Shown: positions 13,141-26,237 of the stretch, piece after piece
Numbering within the stretch: position 1 is the stretch's first letter
How the letters are laid out: every line of letters starts with the position of its first letter
NCBI GenBank assembly: GCA_047967505.1
Contig: CM106538.1
Strand: one strand, 5' to 3'
DNA length: 64,000 nucleotides
Source of the DNA: Dipteris shenzhenensis
Lineage: Eukaryota
Position numbers and translations under genes: made by a program
The notes under the pieces: model-generated
The model's database searches: none
The model's input: only the letters and a program-made list of their open reading frames with translations
What the model was told of the DNA's origin: nothing

Positions 13141-16100
13141 AGCCTCCATCCACCTATCATCACCCTGTGCCTCTTCAAGACACTTGGGTTCTTCACCACG
13201 GATCACCTCTGTCATCAAAGCGTAGTTGACCAAGTGTTCCTACGCCCTTCTTTGCTTGTCTAATCTCTTGGATCGGCGGTGTTCAGATGATTCCTCCTCA
13301 ATGGCTGGAGGTTCTCTACCGTCCAAAAGCTACTTTACCCACTTTGAGAATGGCCATTGCTGTTGTGGTTCTGTAAGCTCTTCTTTCTCTTCTTTATCTT
13401 GAATCCTCCCAAGCACCATTGGAGGAGTTCGGTCTGCTATTGGTGGTTGTACTAGATGGATATCCTGGTCCTCGTTGTCTAGGAAGGAAGCATCCTCCTC
13501 TAATTGATGCGGTTGTTCTGAAAAGACCACATCGTGACTTACTATTACCTTCTTGGTAACAAGATTATAGAGATGGTAACCCTTCACCTCTTCACTGTAG
13601 CCCAAGAAAATACACTTCTAACTCTTCGGTTCCCATTTGGTCCTGTTAGCATCAGGGACATGAACAAAATAGTCACATCCAAAAACTCTGAAATGTGCAG
13701 CTGAAGGTCTTACCAAAAAAGGCTTGCAGTGGAGTCATCCTGTTCACAGCCTTCGTGTAGCTACGATTCAAAATGTAAACTATCGTGTTCATGCTTCAGC
13801 CCAGAAAGTCTTTGGCAAATCTTTCCCTTTCATCATACTCCTGCCCATTTCACAGATGACGCACATCTTGCACTCTCCTACTCCATTTTGATGTGGTGTA
13901 TGTGGCGGGGGTTTCTGCCTCTTGATCCCATGACTTTTGCAGTAACTTTCGAATTCACTTGATGTGAACTCTCCACCTCTATCTGATCTCAACTTCTTCA
14001 CCTTCCTCCCTGTTTCTTTCTCGACCATTACATGCCATTCTTTGAACTTACTAAGTCTTTAGGAAGTATATCCATATCCTTCTACTGTAATCGTCGATCA
14101 GCATCATGAAGTAGTGGGAACCACCCAAAGCTTCAGTCTCCATCTTTCTGCAGAGGTCCGTGTGAATGAGCTCTAGAGCAGCCTTTGCCCTACTGGGCTC
14201 TTTAGGAAAGGGCTACCGATGCTACTTGCCCATCATGTAAGCTTCACATACATCGGGTAGATCTATAATTTTTGGTAGGTCTGTAATCATTCCACTTTTA
14301 TGCATCTCCTTTAAAGAACTAAGGTTTAGATGACCAAACCTCTCATGCCACAGCTTAGTGTTGCTCACATCAGCTCGAGCACTGAAAGCTGAGAGTTTGT
14401 AGATGTTGTTGCGCCATGTACCTTTACCAACGACCTTCCCTTGAAGATCCAAAATCTATGCACCATTCTTATCAAATTGAACTTTGAGGTCCTGATCGCA
14501 GAAATGGACAACAAGCTCCTCTTGATATCTGGCACATAAAGAACATCGGACAACTATTTTACAACTCCATCTGACTTGAGAGCAATCATACCTTTTCCTT
14601 TTGCTGGACATTTTGCATCATTGCCCACTACTAACAGGATGTCATTCCCCACTGGATGTAGAGAGGTATATCAATCCTTCTGACTGGTCATGTGGCACGA
14701 TGCACCACTATCAATAATCCAAGGTTCATTTGCAGGTACATGAACTGCCTCCATGCAAATCTCCTGAATTGCTATGAATAGCGCTACTGGTACTGCCTGC
14801 ACGCTGTTGCTGGACTCTTTCTTTACTCCATTCTTCTCATCTACAATCTTCTTCTGGCACTCATTCTGCTTGTGCCCTGCCTTGTTGCAATAGAAGCACT
14901 TGATCTTCTTCTTTCTCTTTTTATCATCAGAACAAGATGGGTTACGAGAGTCCTTACCTTTCTTTGATCTAGCTGAGAAAGCCGATTATTCTCCAGTCCT
15001 CGTCTTTTCACGCATCTCCTCCTCCAGAAGCATGGCACTGAAATCCTCAAAGTTGAGAGGTGGATTTCTGTTCTGCATATTCCGCGCCGTAACAAGACTA
15101 TCATACTTTGGTGGGAGAATCTGTATGCACCTTCATGCTCAATTCTCATTGGTGAGGGTGATGCCAATCGCAGTCATCTGATCGTGTAGATTCTTTACCC
15201 TGGTGATGAACTTCTATGCCGTTTCAGACTCAGACAGTTTCTCGTTCGTGAGCTATCTCTAGATTCTGAATCCGCATCTGATTCGTGGTCTCGTACTAAT
15301 TTTTCAAGACCGTCCATGCCTTCTCCGCTGTGGTAACATGTTGAATTAATGCCATGATAGAATCACTTACACTGTAGACAATAGAACACATCGCATCTGC
15401 ATTTCTTCTTATCCACGCGAGAATCTCATCCATAGGTTGTACTATCTGTTGTCCTACATTGGCTGGATTCGGTCTCGCAACCGGCTTCACGTCCACCCCA
15501 GTAGCAATATCCCAAAGCTTGTATGCGCTTATGATGGCTTTCATCTTAAACTTCCAAAGTGGATAGTTAGTGCCGTCCAGCTTTCCGCTTTCGTTGAACA
15601 GTGGGATTCACAATCTTGTGGGCTGGGCCATCTCTCACATCTGCTCGCAAACAAAAACACACTACCAAATCTTCTTGCTAGAGCCCAAGCTCTAATACCA
15701 TGTAAGAAAACAATACAACGTCTGTGCTCAACAAATAATAGGATCTCGTATGCAAGAGAGAAAAGTAGATAGTATGGAGAATCAAAAATTTGTTTACTAT
15801 AAAACTGATACAATAGATGGCACTGCCTCCCAGCCGTGCGCTCCTGTGTGAGAGCCTTCGATGGCATGCTGGAAATAGTAGAGGACGGAGGCTGGATGCT
15901 AAGGAATCAGGGTTACTATGGCCAGTGATGATATGGGCTTCAAGGCTTGCTCTTATATAGCCACCAGTCATAGTCGGTTAGACCCAATTGGGAGACCGAC
16001 TCAGTCGGCCCAAAACAATCGACTGGAGGTCGTCCTAAAATAGGCCACCGACCACACGTTAGAACCGTGGTGCAAAATATAGCAACTAACCTATGGTCCC

Positions 16101-16371
16101 CGTTCGGCCCAGAGCCATTCGGGATCCTCATCTGGGGCTCGAGCCCCACAACCTGAGAGTGGGCTACCCCGAGAAATGCTCCATCTACCCTCAATGCGGT
16201 CAGTCATGGGATGCCTTCCCGCACTTGCATGTAGCCTAGTTGGTAGTGTGCCAACTCTATCTGAAGCCATCCAGCCATCAGGCCACACATGGCCCCCATC
16301 TGGTGTCCAAACCAAGACCTACCGGATAACCGAGCTACTCAAATGCCTTCTCCTCATATGGGGGGCTTACA
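13129..16371 (-). mobile_element. Ty1/copia LTR retrotransposon: 5' LTR + gag-protease-integrase, truncated at the start of RT
   Basis: LTR 15701-16371 (TG...CA) with PBS at 15689-15700. gag KLDGTNYPLWKFKMKA starts at ATG 15631. Further motifs: zinc knuckle CFYCNKAGHKQNEC, protease WIIDSGASCHMT, GAG-pre-integrase LWHERFGHLN, integrase LRSDRGGEF/PHTPHQNG, and EEPKCLEEAQGDDRWMEAMQSE at the truncation. Many stops. Confidence 0.95.
15689..15700 (-). promoter_or_regulatory. Primer-binding site (tRNA-iMet type)
   Basis: TGGTATTAGAGC lies immediately 3' of the LTR; the plant consensus is TGGTATCAGAGC. Confidence 0.9.
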
Positions 16372-16552
16372 AGTAGAGTTAGATGGTTCCCGCACAGTTA
16401 TACAAGAGTGGAGCATTGATATCTAACAAGTTTAAGCTTCCTCATGAACTTTAAGTACTCTTATTTAAATATATGCGAGATCATAATTGATAGTTTTTTG
16501 AGTGCCCTGAAAAACAAAAACCATGATGTAGAAAATTGCAACCGCATTTTTT

Positions 16553-19500
16553 TTGGCACCAGGGATATTTCCAACTTTACATAGAATATATATAAGACAA
16601 GAACACTTCCATCATATGCAATTACCAGATTCAGCAAATGGGCTATGGGGTGACCATTTCTGCATTTATTGGTCAGCAAGATGCTTTGATTGTTCAATTA
16701 CACTTTGGTCTTCAACTCATATAATACCATACATCACATATGTTGAAAAATCCCATACACCTTCTTTCCATATTTTATATGATGACCAACCAGGACATGT
16801 AGGGCATTTTAAACCATTACTAACAAGCCCGCGACATCCTATACAAGCAACAATTGAACATCAAGGCACAACACAACTAGACATAGAATTAACTAAACAC
16901 AATCTACAAAGAATGCAAGGTTGTGATTACACACAGAGAGATTCTCTTTTTAATAGTATTTATTATTTGCTAGGAAGACACATTACTTCACAAGAAGTAC
17001 ATCTCAAAGCTGTAGAAAAGCTATGACATGTGAACCAATCTTCACAACCACGATACAAATCAAATAGTCCTATTTTGAACAAGAACTTATATTTAAGCTA
17101 CATAACACCAATACCATAGAAGAATACTATGTTAATATGCATAAAAGCAATGCAGATGGTGGTTTGAAAGGTGATTTTCTTATATTACATTGGATAGCTG
17201 TGTGGGTTTAAAACTCGAGGGGGTCATGATGTATAAACCCTCTATATCACGTGCATTCAAGGCCTATATTTAAAATCCCTTATCTGTAAATTTTTTCATT
17301 AATAAAATGTACCCCTTTTCTATACAAATCTGTAAATTTTTTCCAAAATTATTTTAAATAGTCCCTTATGTATATTTAATTCTGTAAATTTTAGGAATAG
17401 AAAATATCCTTCTGTCGAACTCACGTGATAGGTTTACATATGATGAGTGACCCCCCTGAGGTTTAAAAAAACATAATACTTTGGTCACATAAATCAGGCC
17501 AACCATTTCTTGAAACCAATATAGGAAATGAGATGGAAAATGCATTTAGCTTAATATGACATACAATACAATAATGGATACTATAAACCAATAATTGAGA
17601 AAAAAACAAATGAGAGAAATAGATAGTTTACTTGAAACACTCAATGCACATATATGGTGAAGCCGAAGATTTCTTCTTCATGACAGAATTCCAATCATAT
17701 GGGAGTGAGCATGAACATGGGTTACTATGGATAAACAATGCACCTACATACAACCAAACAAATAATGATGAAATCATTAAGTTTGTAGATAAGTACATTT
17801 CATGTGATAAAGAACTTATTGATGAGGAAATAAGGAACATACAAACCCATTACCACACACATACATGTAGGGAAATTTTTAAAAAAAATGTAGATTCGTT
17901 TTTCCTCAACCACCGATGAAAGAAACCATAATTCCAGCACCCAATGAAAATATAGATTCAAACCATATTGAGAAAGTAGAAGAAATATATCAATTCTTAG
18001 CAGTATACACTATAGAGAGTAAAACCAAGACCTTTGAAGATTTTTTAGCCACTTTACACTTGGATGAAGACACATATAAACACACAATTTCCACAACATT
18101 AAAACATCTAAGAGTGTTTTTAAAACATAGTTTGGCAAATATACGCACTAATCCTTTTGCACCGCAACTTATAAACCTATGGAAATCAAACATGGACACT
18201 CAATATATTTTAGAGCCATATGCAGCTACGTCATATTGTACATCATACCTCACAAAATGTGATAATACAATAACAAAACATTAAAAAATATTATAGAAAA
18301 ATGTAAGAGTGAGCACAGTGATGCCAGTACACGTATCAAACAACTTGGGTAAGCATTGCTAAACATGCAACAAATGTCTGCGAAGCAAGCAATTTTCTTA
18401 ATATTGTCATTACCATTGTACCATGCTTCTAGAACATTCCAATTTATCAACACAATGCCTCTACAAGATCGAGCTTTCATACTAAAATGCAATTACCAGC
18501 TTCAAGCTTAAGTGACGAATCCACAGATATAATGTGCACATCCATCATAGAAAAATACAAAATGCATCCTTCTGCACTTGAAGATTTTAGCCTATCCGAG
18601 ATTGCAGCATCTTACAACTATAGTGAAAACTTTTGAAAAAGGAAGAAAGGTAGAATTATAAGATCAATAAAATACAATAAACACCATGACCCTGAAAACT
18701 ATTATAGAGAGATGCTCCTACTACACATACCGTTTTGAGAAAATGAACAAAATGTAAAAACTTCATGCGAAACACCAAAAGAGTCATACAATCTCCACAT
18801 TGATGATATAATTAAGACACTAAAAAAATACAAATATGTTTATTGCAACAACGATGAATCTAACTGGGCTAAGTTCAAAGAAACTACTGAGCAATTATCA
18901 AAAAACAGTGACAAATTTATAAGCACAACAATGAGGAGACTTCCTAAAGATAGCATCCAGATAACCAACACTGCAAATGTTGAACTATACAACTTGACTT
19001 ATGAAGAAAATAACAACAATTGTAAACAAAACACTCAATCATACCACTTACAAACACCAAAAGGAGTCCCCTTATCCTCAGATGAATTCAGATGAATACT
19101 ATAAACGAATACGACAGCTAAATCTAGAACAATGTCAAAATTTTTATGACATTGCATTCAAGTTAATGTATCAAGAAGAACTTGTAACAAATATGCGCAT
19201 TCATTACAGGGGGAGCTGGTACTAGTAAAACAACTATCTTGAGGGTGCTCGTTGAATTTTGAACAAGAAAATTTAATTCTAATAAACATGCGAATCCATT
19301 AAAACTAAAAGTCATGAAGCTAGCATACACTGGTAGAGCTGCATTTTATATCGGTGGGATTACAATACACTCTGCTCTATGTGTCCCTGTAAACCAAAAA
19401 GAAAAGACACAAATACCAAATGAATGACTAGGCACACTCACAAAAGCATACTCCGACATATAAGCAATAGTTGTAGATGAGATATCCTTAATAGGAGCAC

Positions 19501-21170
19501 GAATGCTTAATATACTAGACAAATGTTTACACACAATCAAACATGTACAACATCTACCATTTGGAGAATTGCATGTTTTCTTCTTCGATGACGTACATCA
19601 AGAATCCCATGTGCATGATAGATGGATATTCACACTGCAAGGTATACTACATCTGGACACAAATTTTTAAATATTATGAAGTCTCACAAGTTATGTGCCA
19701 AACTAATAGTGTGTTTATAAACATTCTAAACAACTTTCAAAAATACAAGCAAACACAGCAAGAGATTGATGCCATAAATCGAGCATGTTTTCGTAAACCC
19801 CCAAAAGACTTGACTATACCACACTTATTTTATACCCAAAAAGCTACAAATCAACACAACAACGTCGTTTTCCAAAAAACACTCAGGCAGGTCTACGTTT
19901 TTAAAGCAAAAGACTTTCGCAACCCTCATTTTTCCAAAACATACATAACATTACCGGATAATCCAAATATAATAGTCGGCTTGCATATAACACTTGAGTT
20001 GAAGCCATCAATGCTAGTGGCATTTGTGCAAGGAATTATGACACATTAGATGGACTGGTAAATAGAGCAAATGCTACTTTTGCACAACAGCAACAACTAA
20101 CATTGATAATCCAATAATTTGGATACAATTTCTCCAACCTTATGTAGGAGCAGAAACACGAGCTCGAAATGCAAGCTTATACAAAAATGAAAGACAACAC
20201 AATTGGACATGCATATTTCCTATCTCAAAAGAAATACAAATAGCACATAACATCACAAACAAAGTAACAAGAAAACAATTCCCAATACAATGTGCTGCAG
20301 CTCAAACAATACATCGTTCACAGGGATTAACTCTAGAACAAGTAGTTTTTTGCCCCAAAAATATTCAGACATGGCCTAACATATATTGCACTCTCATGTG
20401 TACATTCAAAAGAAAATTTATATCTTCTATCACCACTGATAACTTCTTCCACATAGATAGCATCGACGTTGAACAAGAATCTACACGACTATTAACATAA
20501 TCCCAATGGCAATTTTTGATCTTACGAATACAAGAATTACATGTAGCCCACCATACTATAATGACATTAAACACTCATTCCTTACTAGCACATGTAGATC
20601 ACCTAAAAGCGCACTACTTAATAGAATACAGCCATGTTATTTGTTTGACAAAGGTCAACACACAGCAACTGACCACGTATCTTCCAAGCAAAAAATATAA
20701 ATCAATCACAACTCCTAGTAGATATGCAACAACACTTCTATATGATAAAAAATACAATTTGTCACAAACAAGCACACAAACAATAACTAATTATGACATA
20801 ATAGAAGCAAAATTGGACATTGACAGAGGCACGTCCCTTTATATCATAGCAATTTATCATTCGCCATCTAGTAATACAAACTCTTTCTTGACAACACTCA
20901 GTAACAAAATAAAAACAATTCCTAGTACTTTCCCAATATTTATCCTTGGTGACTTCAATATTAATATGTTTGCAAGAAATAAAGAGCGAAGACTGTTACA
21001 CTCATTAATGTCTTCAAATAACCTAGGCTAGCAAACAACTTACCAACAACACCTCACAAATCACTTTTAGATCACATATGGACAAATGCACCACTGTCAG
21101 AATCAATTATCAACAATATACCATTTTATTGGTTAGATCATGATGCAGTTATACGATGCAGTTATACTAT
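16553..21170 (+). mobile_element. Degenerate endonuclease-encoding Helitron (Helentron-type): OTU-like x2, Rep (HUH), PIF1-like helicase, AP endonuclease
   Basis: Rep: TEFQSYGSEHEHGLLWI (~17680) and YCTSYLTK (~18235). Helicase: Walker A ITGGAGTSKTT (~19205), Walker B IVVDEISL (~19470), TIHRSQGLTL (~20310). EEP-family endonuclease: MTLNTHSL, IIAIYHSP, ILGDFNIN, LLDHIWTN, DHDAV (20560-21150). Many stops and frameshifts; element ends not resolved. Confidence 0.9.
17214..17460. mobile_element. MITE family A, copy 2 (reverse orientation), inserted in the Helentron coding region
   Basis: Termini CTCGAGGGGGTCA...TGACCCCCCTGAG with a perfect 8-bp TSD GTTTAAAA (17206-17213, 17461-17468). Confidence 0.95.
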
Positions 21171-22611
21171 ATTACAAAATTCCATTACACATGCTTTGAT
21201 AAAAATACAAAAAAACTTGTTGCTAGGAAACTTCGTGCTTAAAAGATAGAAGCTTGAAGTTGACATGACTAGATTTCTCTATACCGTCTTTTTTGTATCT
21301 CGCTCGCTCGAGATACAAAATTGAAAATCACTGCTTCGGTGCCCAAAATTAAGTTACACACAAAGTTATTTCTTTCATAAAATAGATTCACAAATCATGA
21401 TCCAAGCTTACTAATTCCACAAACCAATTTCCATGCAACTTCTTGCTAGGTGATACTGAAGACAACTTTCCAAGCCAACAGGCAGAATACAATCTACCAC
21501 CTCGATAATCATCAAAAGTCAATATAGCTTCATAAGGTGCCTTGCATCAGCAAAAGCCAACTCAACCTCGCATGAGCCTCGCATCAAGATCTACTACTAC
21601 TACTCCATCATTTTGAGGATAGCATGCCAAAAGCTTCTTGTCGAGCTAGCCAACTTTATATTCAATGGAAACAAATACAAAGTATCTTATGAGAAACTCT
21701 AAATTAGCAAACCTTACTATAGCTACTCCATCATTTCAAGGGCAACATGCCAAAAGCTAGTCAACTTTATGTTCATTGGAATCAAATACAAAGTATCTTA
21801 CGAGAAACTCTAAATGAGCAAAGCTCATAGATAAAAGCATCAATATTAGTGTTTTATCAATGGCATTTTTTTAAGAAAATTTGACAAAAGTACTTCTTCA
21901 AATGCAAAACTTCTTTGATAACATACGATTTAACTCAAAGTATTATTAATTTTAGACCCCCTTTGTCAAGAAATTATAATAGATTTCCTCCTAAGCTTCC
22001 ACAACACATTATAGATCATATTCATTAAGGCAGTGTTTTCGAGCACCCAAATCGTGCCCCCTTATTAAAATCACCCCCACTATGCCAATACTATCACCTT
22101 ATGATAGAAACATTTAAAGACCCTTGCAAATTCCCCATAGGTAGTGAAAGGCAAAAAACTCGTTTAGGCTTTTGCCTTTGGCATGTCTAACAAGTTGAAT
22201 GACTTTTGTCATTCATATGGCCTGCCCTATCTTACTATATATTAAGGAGAGTGGGAGGCCAACAGGTTGCCACATGTCGGGTGAGGGGAGGCAAGAGGTT
22301 GCTACATGTCATGTGGAAGGGGTAACTTGCAAGAGTTTTGAGAGATGTACCACGTGGCACATGGCTCGCAGTGCCTTGTCCAACACGCCTTGTCCAACAA
22401 GCCTAAGGGAAATAGTCGAAATTTTTCAAAAACCAATCAATCTCTGTCTCAATCTTCGCTTTATTCTCTTCTTCTTCCTCCTCTACTTGGTTCTCTTCAA
22501 ACCAATTCCGCTTCTGTTCCAATTCTAGCCCATCATGTTCATTGTTCAAAGACCTGCCCACTTAGCTAAAGAGGGAACCTTCAACCGTGGGCTCACCATG
22601 GGTCCCTGTAG

Positions 22612-22862
22612 AAGCTAGGTAGCGGCGACATAGGCAACATGTATCTAGTAGAGGTGCAAGAGACAAGCTGTTATTTTTCAATGAAAGTGATGGACAAGAG
22701 GGCACTGGAGGTGAGGACAAGCTATCAAGGGCGCAGACAGATAGAGAGATATTGGAGGCATTGGAGCATTCATGTTTGGTGATGGAATTTTTTCCGGGGG
22801 GAGATTTACATGTGCTTTAAGGTAGAGGAAAGCGATGAGGAGGTTCAGTGAAAGGTTGCGAG
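22612..22862 (+). pseudogene. Captured fragment of an AGCVIII (D6PK/PINOID-like) Ser/Thr kinase, subdomains I-V
   Basis: Translates to [13 protein letters not shown]...[13 protein letters not shown].../[31 protein letters not shown].../RRFSE. Gx[19 protein letters not shown] and LVMEFCPGGDLH are characteristic of plant AGC1/AGC3 kinases. Has an internal deletion, frameshifts and a stop. Confidence 0.85.
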
Positions 22863-25438
22863 GTAAGGGCAGAAGGGTGTGGTGGCAAACCATGAAGAGG
22901 CTCTTCAAACTCCTCCATGCGGGCATAGGCTTCGCTATAGCCAATGGTCTACAAGGGCATGCTACCATCAAAAGAGGCGATAGAGAAGCTAGGAATCCCA
23001 TATTAGTTGATGGGTAAAATCCCAAAAGTCTCGATCTACAGGCACTGGTAGATCATGGTTTATTATGTTTCTAGCCAGCAAAGTTCATCATATTGATTCA
23101 TTTGTCCTGTTCTCATTAAGAAAGAAGGCTACCGAATGGTGTTGCCTTGGGGGGTGTGGGGGTTCTCTTGCAATCGCTCCATCTAGGTAATATTCCACAA
23201 TTTTAGGAAGAGATATGCTTGCAATTTAATGGTGGTCCCTCTGCCAACATTCCCCCCACCCTTAGAAGCTCGGATGCAACAAAGATGGATGCTTACGTGC
23301 TACTATTTTCTTGCACAGTCATTTGGCAGAAGGGAACACATTGGCTACAAATCAACCCTTTGTGAGAGGAGCATCGATTGTAGAACCCGATATGTTCATT
23401 AGCTAGAAGGTTCATTCATTCTTGCTCTTAATGATGACCACTTCTGGTTGTCTACATTGCTTCTAACAAAATCGTTCTACTACCTGCTTTGGAACATCGA
23501 TAGGTGATTTATTTCTATTTTGGTATCTGTTGGGGTGCATTTTTGTGTGCTACATTCCATGGCTTCAATGTCCCATCCAAGTATTGTGTGAGATCCCATA
23601 CTGCATCGCCCATAGTACTATCTTTTTTCTCATCTCTGTGACTTCCAAAACGGAGCTCCTCCTTTTGCATGTGCTATCATTGAGAACCTATTCATAATTT
23701 CTAGAACTCTGAGACTTCAAATGGTATGTTGCACAAAGCTTTCATCTTCCTAGAAATCCACTTTGGCGAGTCAAACTTTTGAAAGCCGGCAGTGTCTAGT
23801 AGTTACGAAGATGTTTGTTTCCGTTTTGGGTCTCTTTGTGGCTATCGATAGCTCAATTGGTAGTATCATGTTAGATTGAGCTATGACTTTGCATCGAATG
23901 TTCTCCTCCAATCTTAGCTCATAATAGGATGATATTGCGGTTATAGCATTTCAAAATTCAATAGCTTTGCTCTCTGTGCAGGATCCATCTTTCAAAGATA
24001 CTAAATGGCTCTAAATTGTATGTAGGTTCTGACATTAATATGAAATATATTTACCTGAACCCTCTTGCAAAAGAGGACATGTCTATCATAGAGGCTCTCG
24101 ATCATCAGTTTGAACAGGTTAGCTTTGACGGTGCAAGTTCAAGCATCAACGGATATTGCATGATATGACATTTGTCATGACAATAGGATTAGGGTGTCAT
24201 AAACCCTTCAAAGGTGCATGCTCACTAGGGCTTCCTCCGCTTGACATTGATTGGCATGCGGCAATGGAAATGGTTGGAAATGGCAACCTCAATGAATCTA
24301 GAATTAGAGAAGTACTTGGGCCATGGGAGTGGAGGTGATTGGAAAAGTTGGGCGAAACTTTGACATTGGTAGTTGTTGTAAAGAATGCAAAGGATAAGGG
24401 GAGTAAGGTGTGGGTGAATGAGATTCTATGAAGAAGTTGTTGCGGATGTGGGAGAGGAGCAATCTCATCAGTTGTGATACTAAATCCATTGACGATTAAG
24501 TCGAGCTCTAGGCTGAGGGATGAGGACAAAGGAGTGATGGCAGAGTGGAAGTGGAAGATTGGATCGTGGTAGTAATCATCTTCTATCTTCTAACTTATTT
24601 CCTGCTCCTGCTCTTCTATGTGTATACCATTGCTTTTAGTATCTGTTTTCAATAATTTTTATTGGGAGATGAGAGCCATATATGTTGCTTTTTGTACCTA
24701 TTTCTGGGAATTTTAGTTGGGAGAGACAAAAGGGTGGAGAAACATTATGCTACATTGTAAACATTTGAAGGAGAGAGAATGTGTGGCCTTCCAACCGCCA
24801 AAGGAGTCTACTCTACATTGCAAAAAACTTAAGAATTTCATTCATACTTTATAATTCAATTGCAGAAAACAAGCTTATAGTTTAGTGGGAGGGGTATGTG
24901 TTGGGAGTTTATGGCAAATTTGCTTTGGAGAAAGTAGAACGTAGGTAAAGCATCTACCAAAAGCAATCTGAAATGTGTGACACTGAAGCTAGGTAGCAAG
25001 TCACCATTCATTATTTTCTAGCCAAGACTCTCAGGGTCAACTTTGCATTGCAGGATCTTGAGTCTACATTCAAGAGGTCATTCATGATGAATTTGTGAAG
25101 AGAAAGCCAAAGATTAAGTGGTGGGAGATACTTTTTAGGCAAGAGGTGCAAAAAAAAAAAAGATCAAACACTTTATTGATCCTATATAGGTAGATCAAGA
25201 TCAATTTGAGAAAGTGCTAAGATATATAGCACTAGGTAGGGAGGAGGGAGCAAGTTAATGACTAGATAAATTTTATCATGGAAGCAAGGTCCTATTTATT
25301 AAACCCACAATACTCTTTCATGTTGAGGTATTGAGCCAAGGAGTTTCATTAAATTTTGAGGGATAAAGTGATTGAAACTATTTCACATCTACACATGGGG
25401 TTTCCGTTGTTGGGTTGGCCCTCTAACAGGCATTGCAC

Positions 25439-25500
25439 GATGGTATGAAGATCGCACAAGAAGAGATCTACAGACAATTGAGAGCCATCAACAAGTTCAA
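25439..25500 (+). pseudogene. Isolated aldehyde dehydrogenase (ALDH2-like) exon
   Basis: 62 bp reading DGMKIAQEEIYRQLRAINKF(K), compared with the ALDH motif DDMxIAxEEIFGPVQxIxKFK. It is bounded by single-base-mutated splice sites (ttgcac for ttgcag; atgagt for gtgagt). Confidence 0.6.
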
Positions 25501-26018
25501 ATGAGTGTCCATTTTGCTTGGTATCCTTTGTCTCCTCTCCCTTTCTGTGTCTACAACCCTTTTGATTTGCATGTTCTTCTTACATTGTCATAGCTGCAAT
25601 CTTTGGGTTTTTTAAAATAGATTTCAAGTCGAGGTTTGTTGGGAGAGGAGAGGAGAGACAAATGAAAAGACTCAAAATGGTGGAGAAACATTGTGCTACA
25701 TTGCGAACATTTGAAGGAGAGAGAATGTGTAGCCTTCTAGCTACCAAAGGAGTCTCCTCTTCATTGTAGATAACCTTAAGCATTAACTTTGTAGTTGCTT
25801 TTTTGATGAAGGGAGTCTTCTCGGGGGTCTTATGCAATGGTGATAGAGGCTTTTACTCTATATAACAATCTTGACATGTCATACGTAGAGAAAAGGCGAA
25901 AGACGTGGATTAAAATCTACAAAGGGAAGAGCTCTCATTCTTGGCAAATGTGCGTGCGGGGCAAAATCCAATACAAAGGAGTGACAACAACAAAACTCTA
26001 AAGACGTTATAAAAAGGG

Positions 26019-26019
<1 letters not shown>

Positions 26020-26116
<97 letters not shown>

Positions 26117-26160
26117 CAAAGGGGCCTTTGAATCTAGATGTGCAAGCTAAGTTAGGGGGG

Positions 26161-26193
<33 letters not shown>

Positions 26194-26202
26194 AGGGAGG
26201 AA

Positions 26203-26232
<30 letters not shown>
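26020..26232. repeat. Compound (GA)n microsatellite
   Basis: Long GA tracts separated by a duplicated ~45-bp spacer (ATGCA.CAAAGGG...AATCTAGATGTGCAAG). Confidence 0.95.

Positions 26233-26237
<5 letters not shown>

Noticed and set aside
6150-16371. LTRs at 6150-6808 and 15701-16371 as the two ends of one copia element
   Set aside because: The outer flanks differ (GTATC vs AGTAG, so no TSD), the left copy lacks its terminus and a clear PPT, and the copies are visibly diverged.
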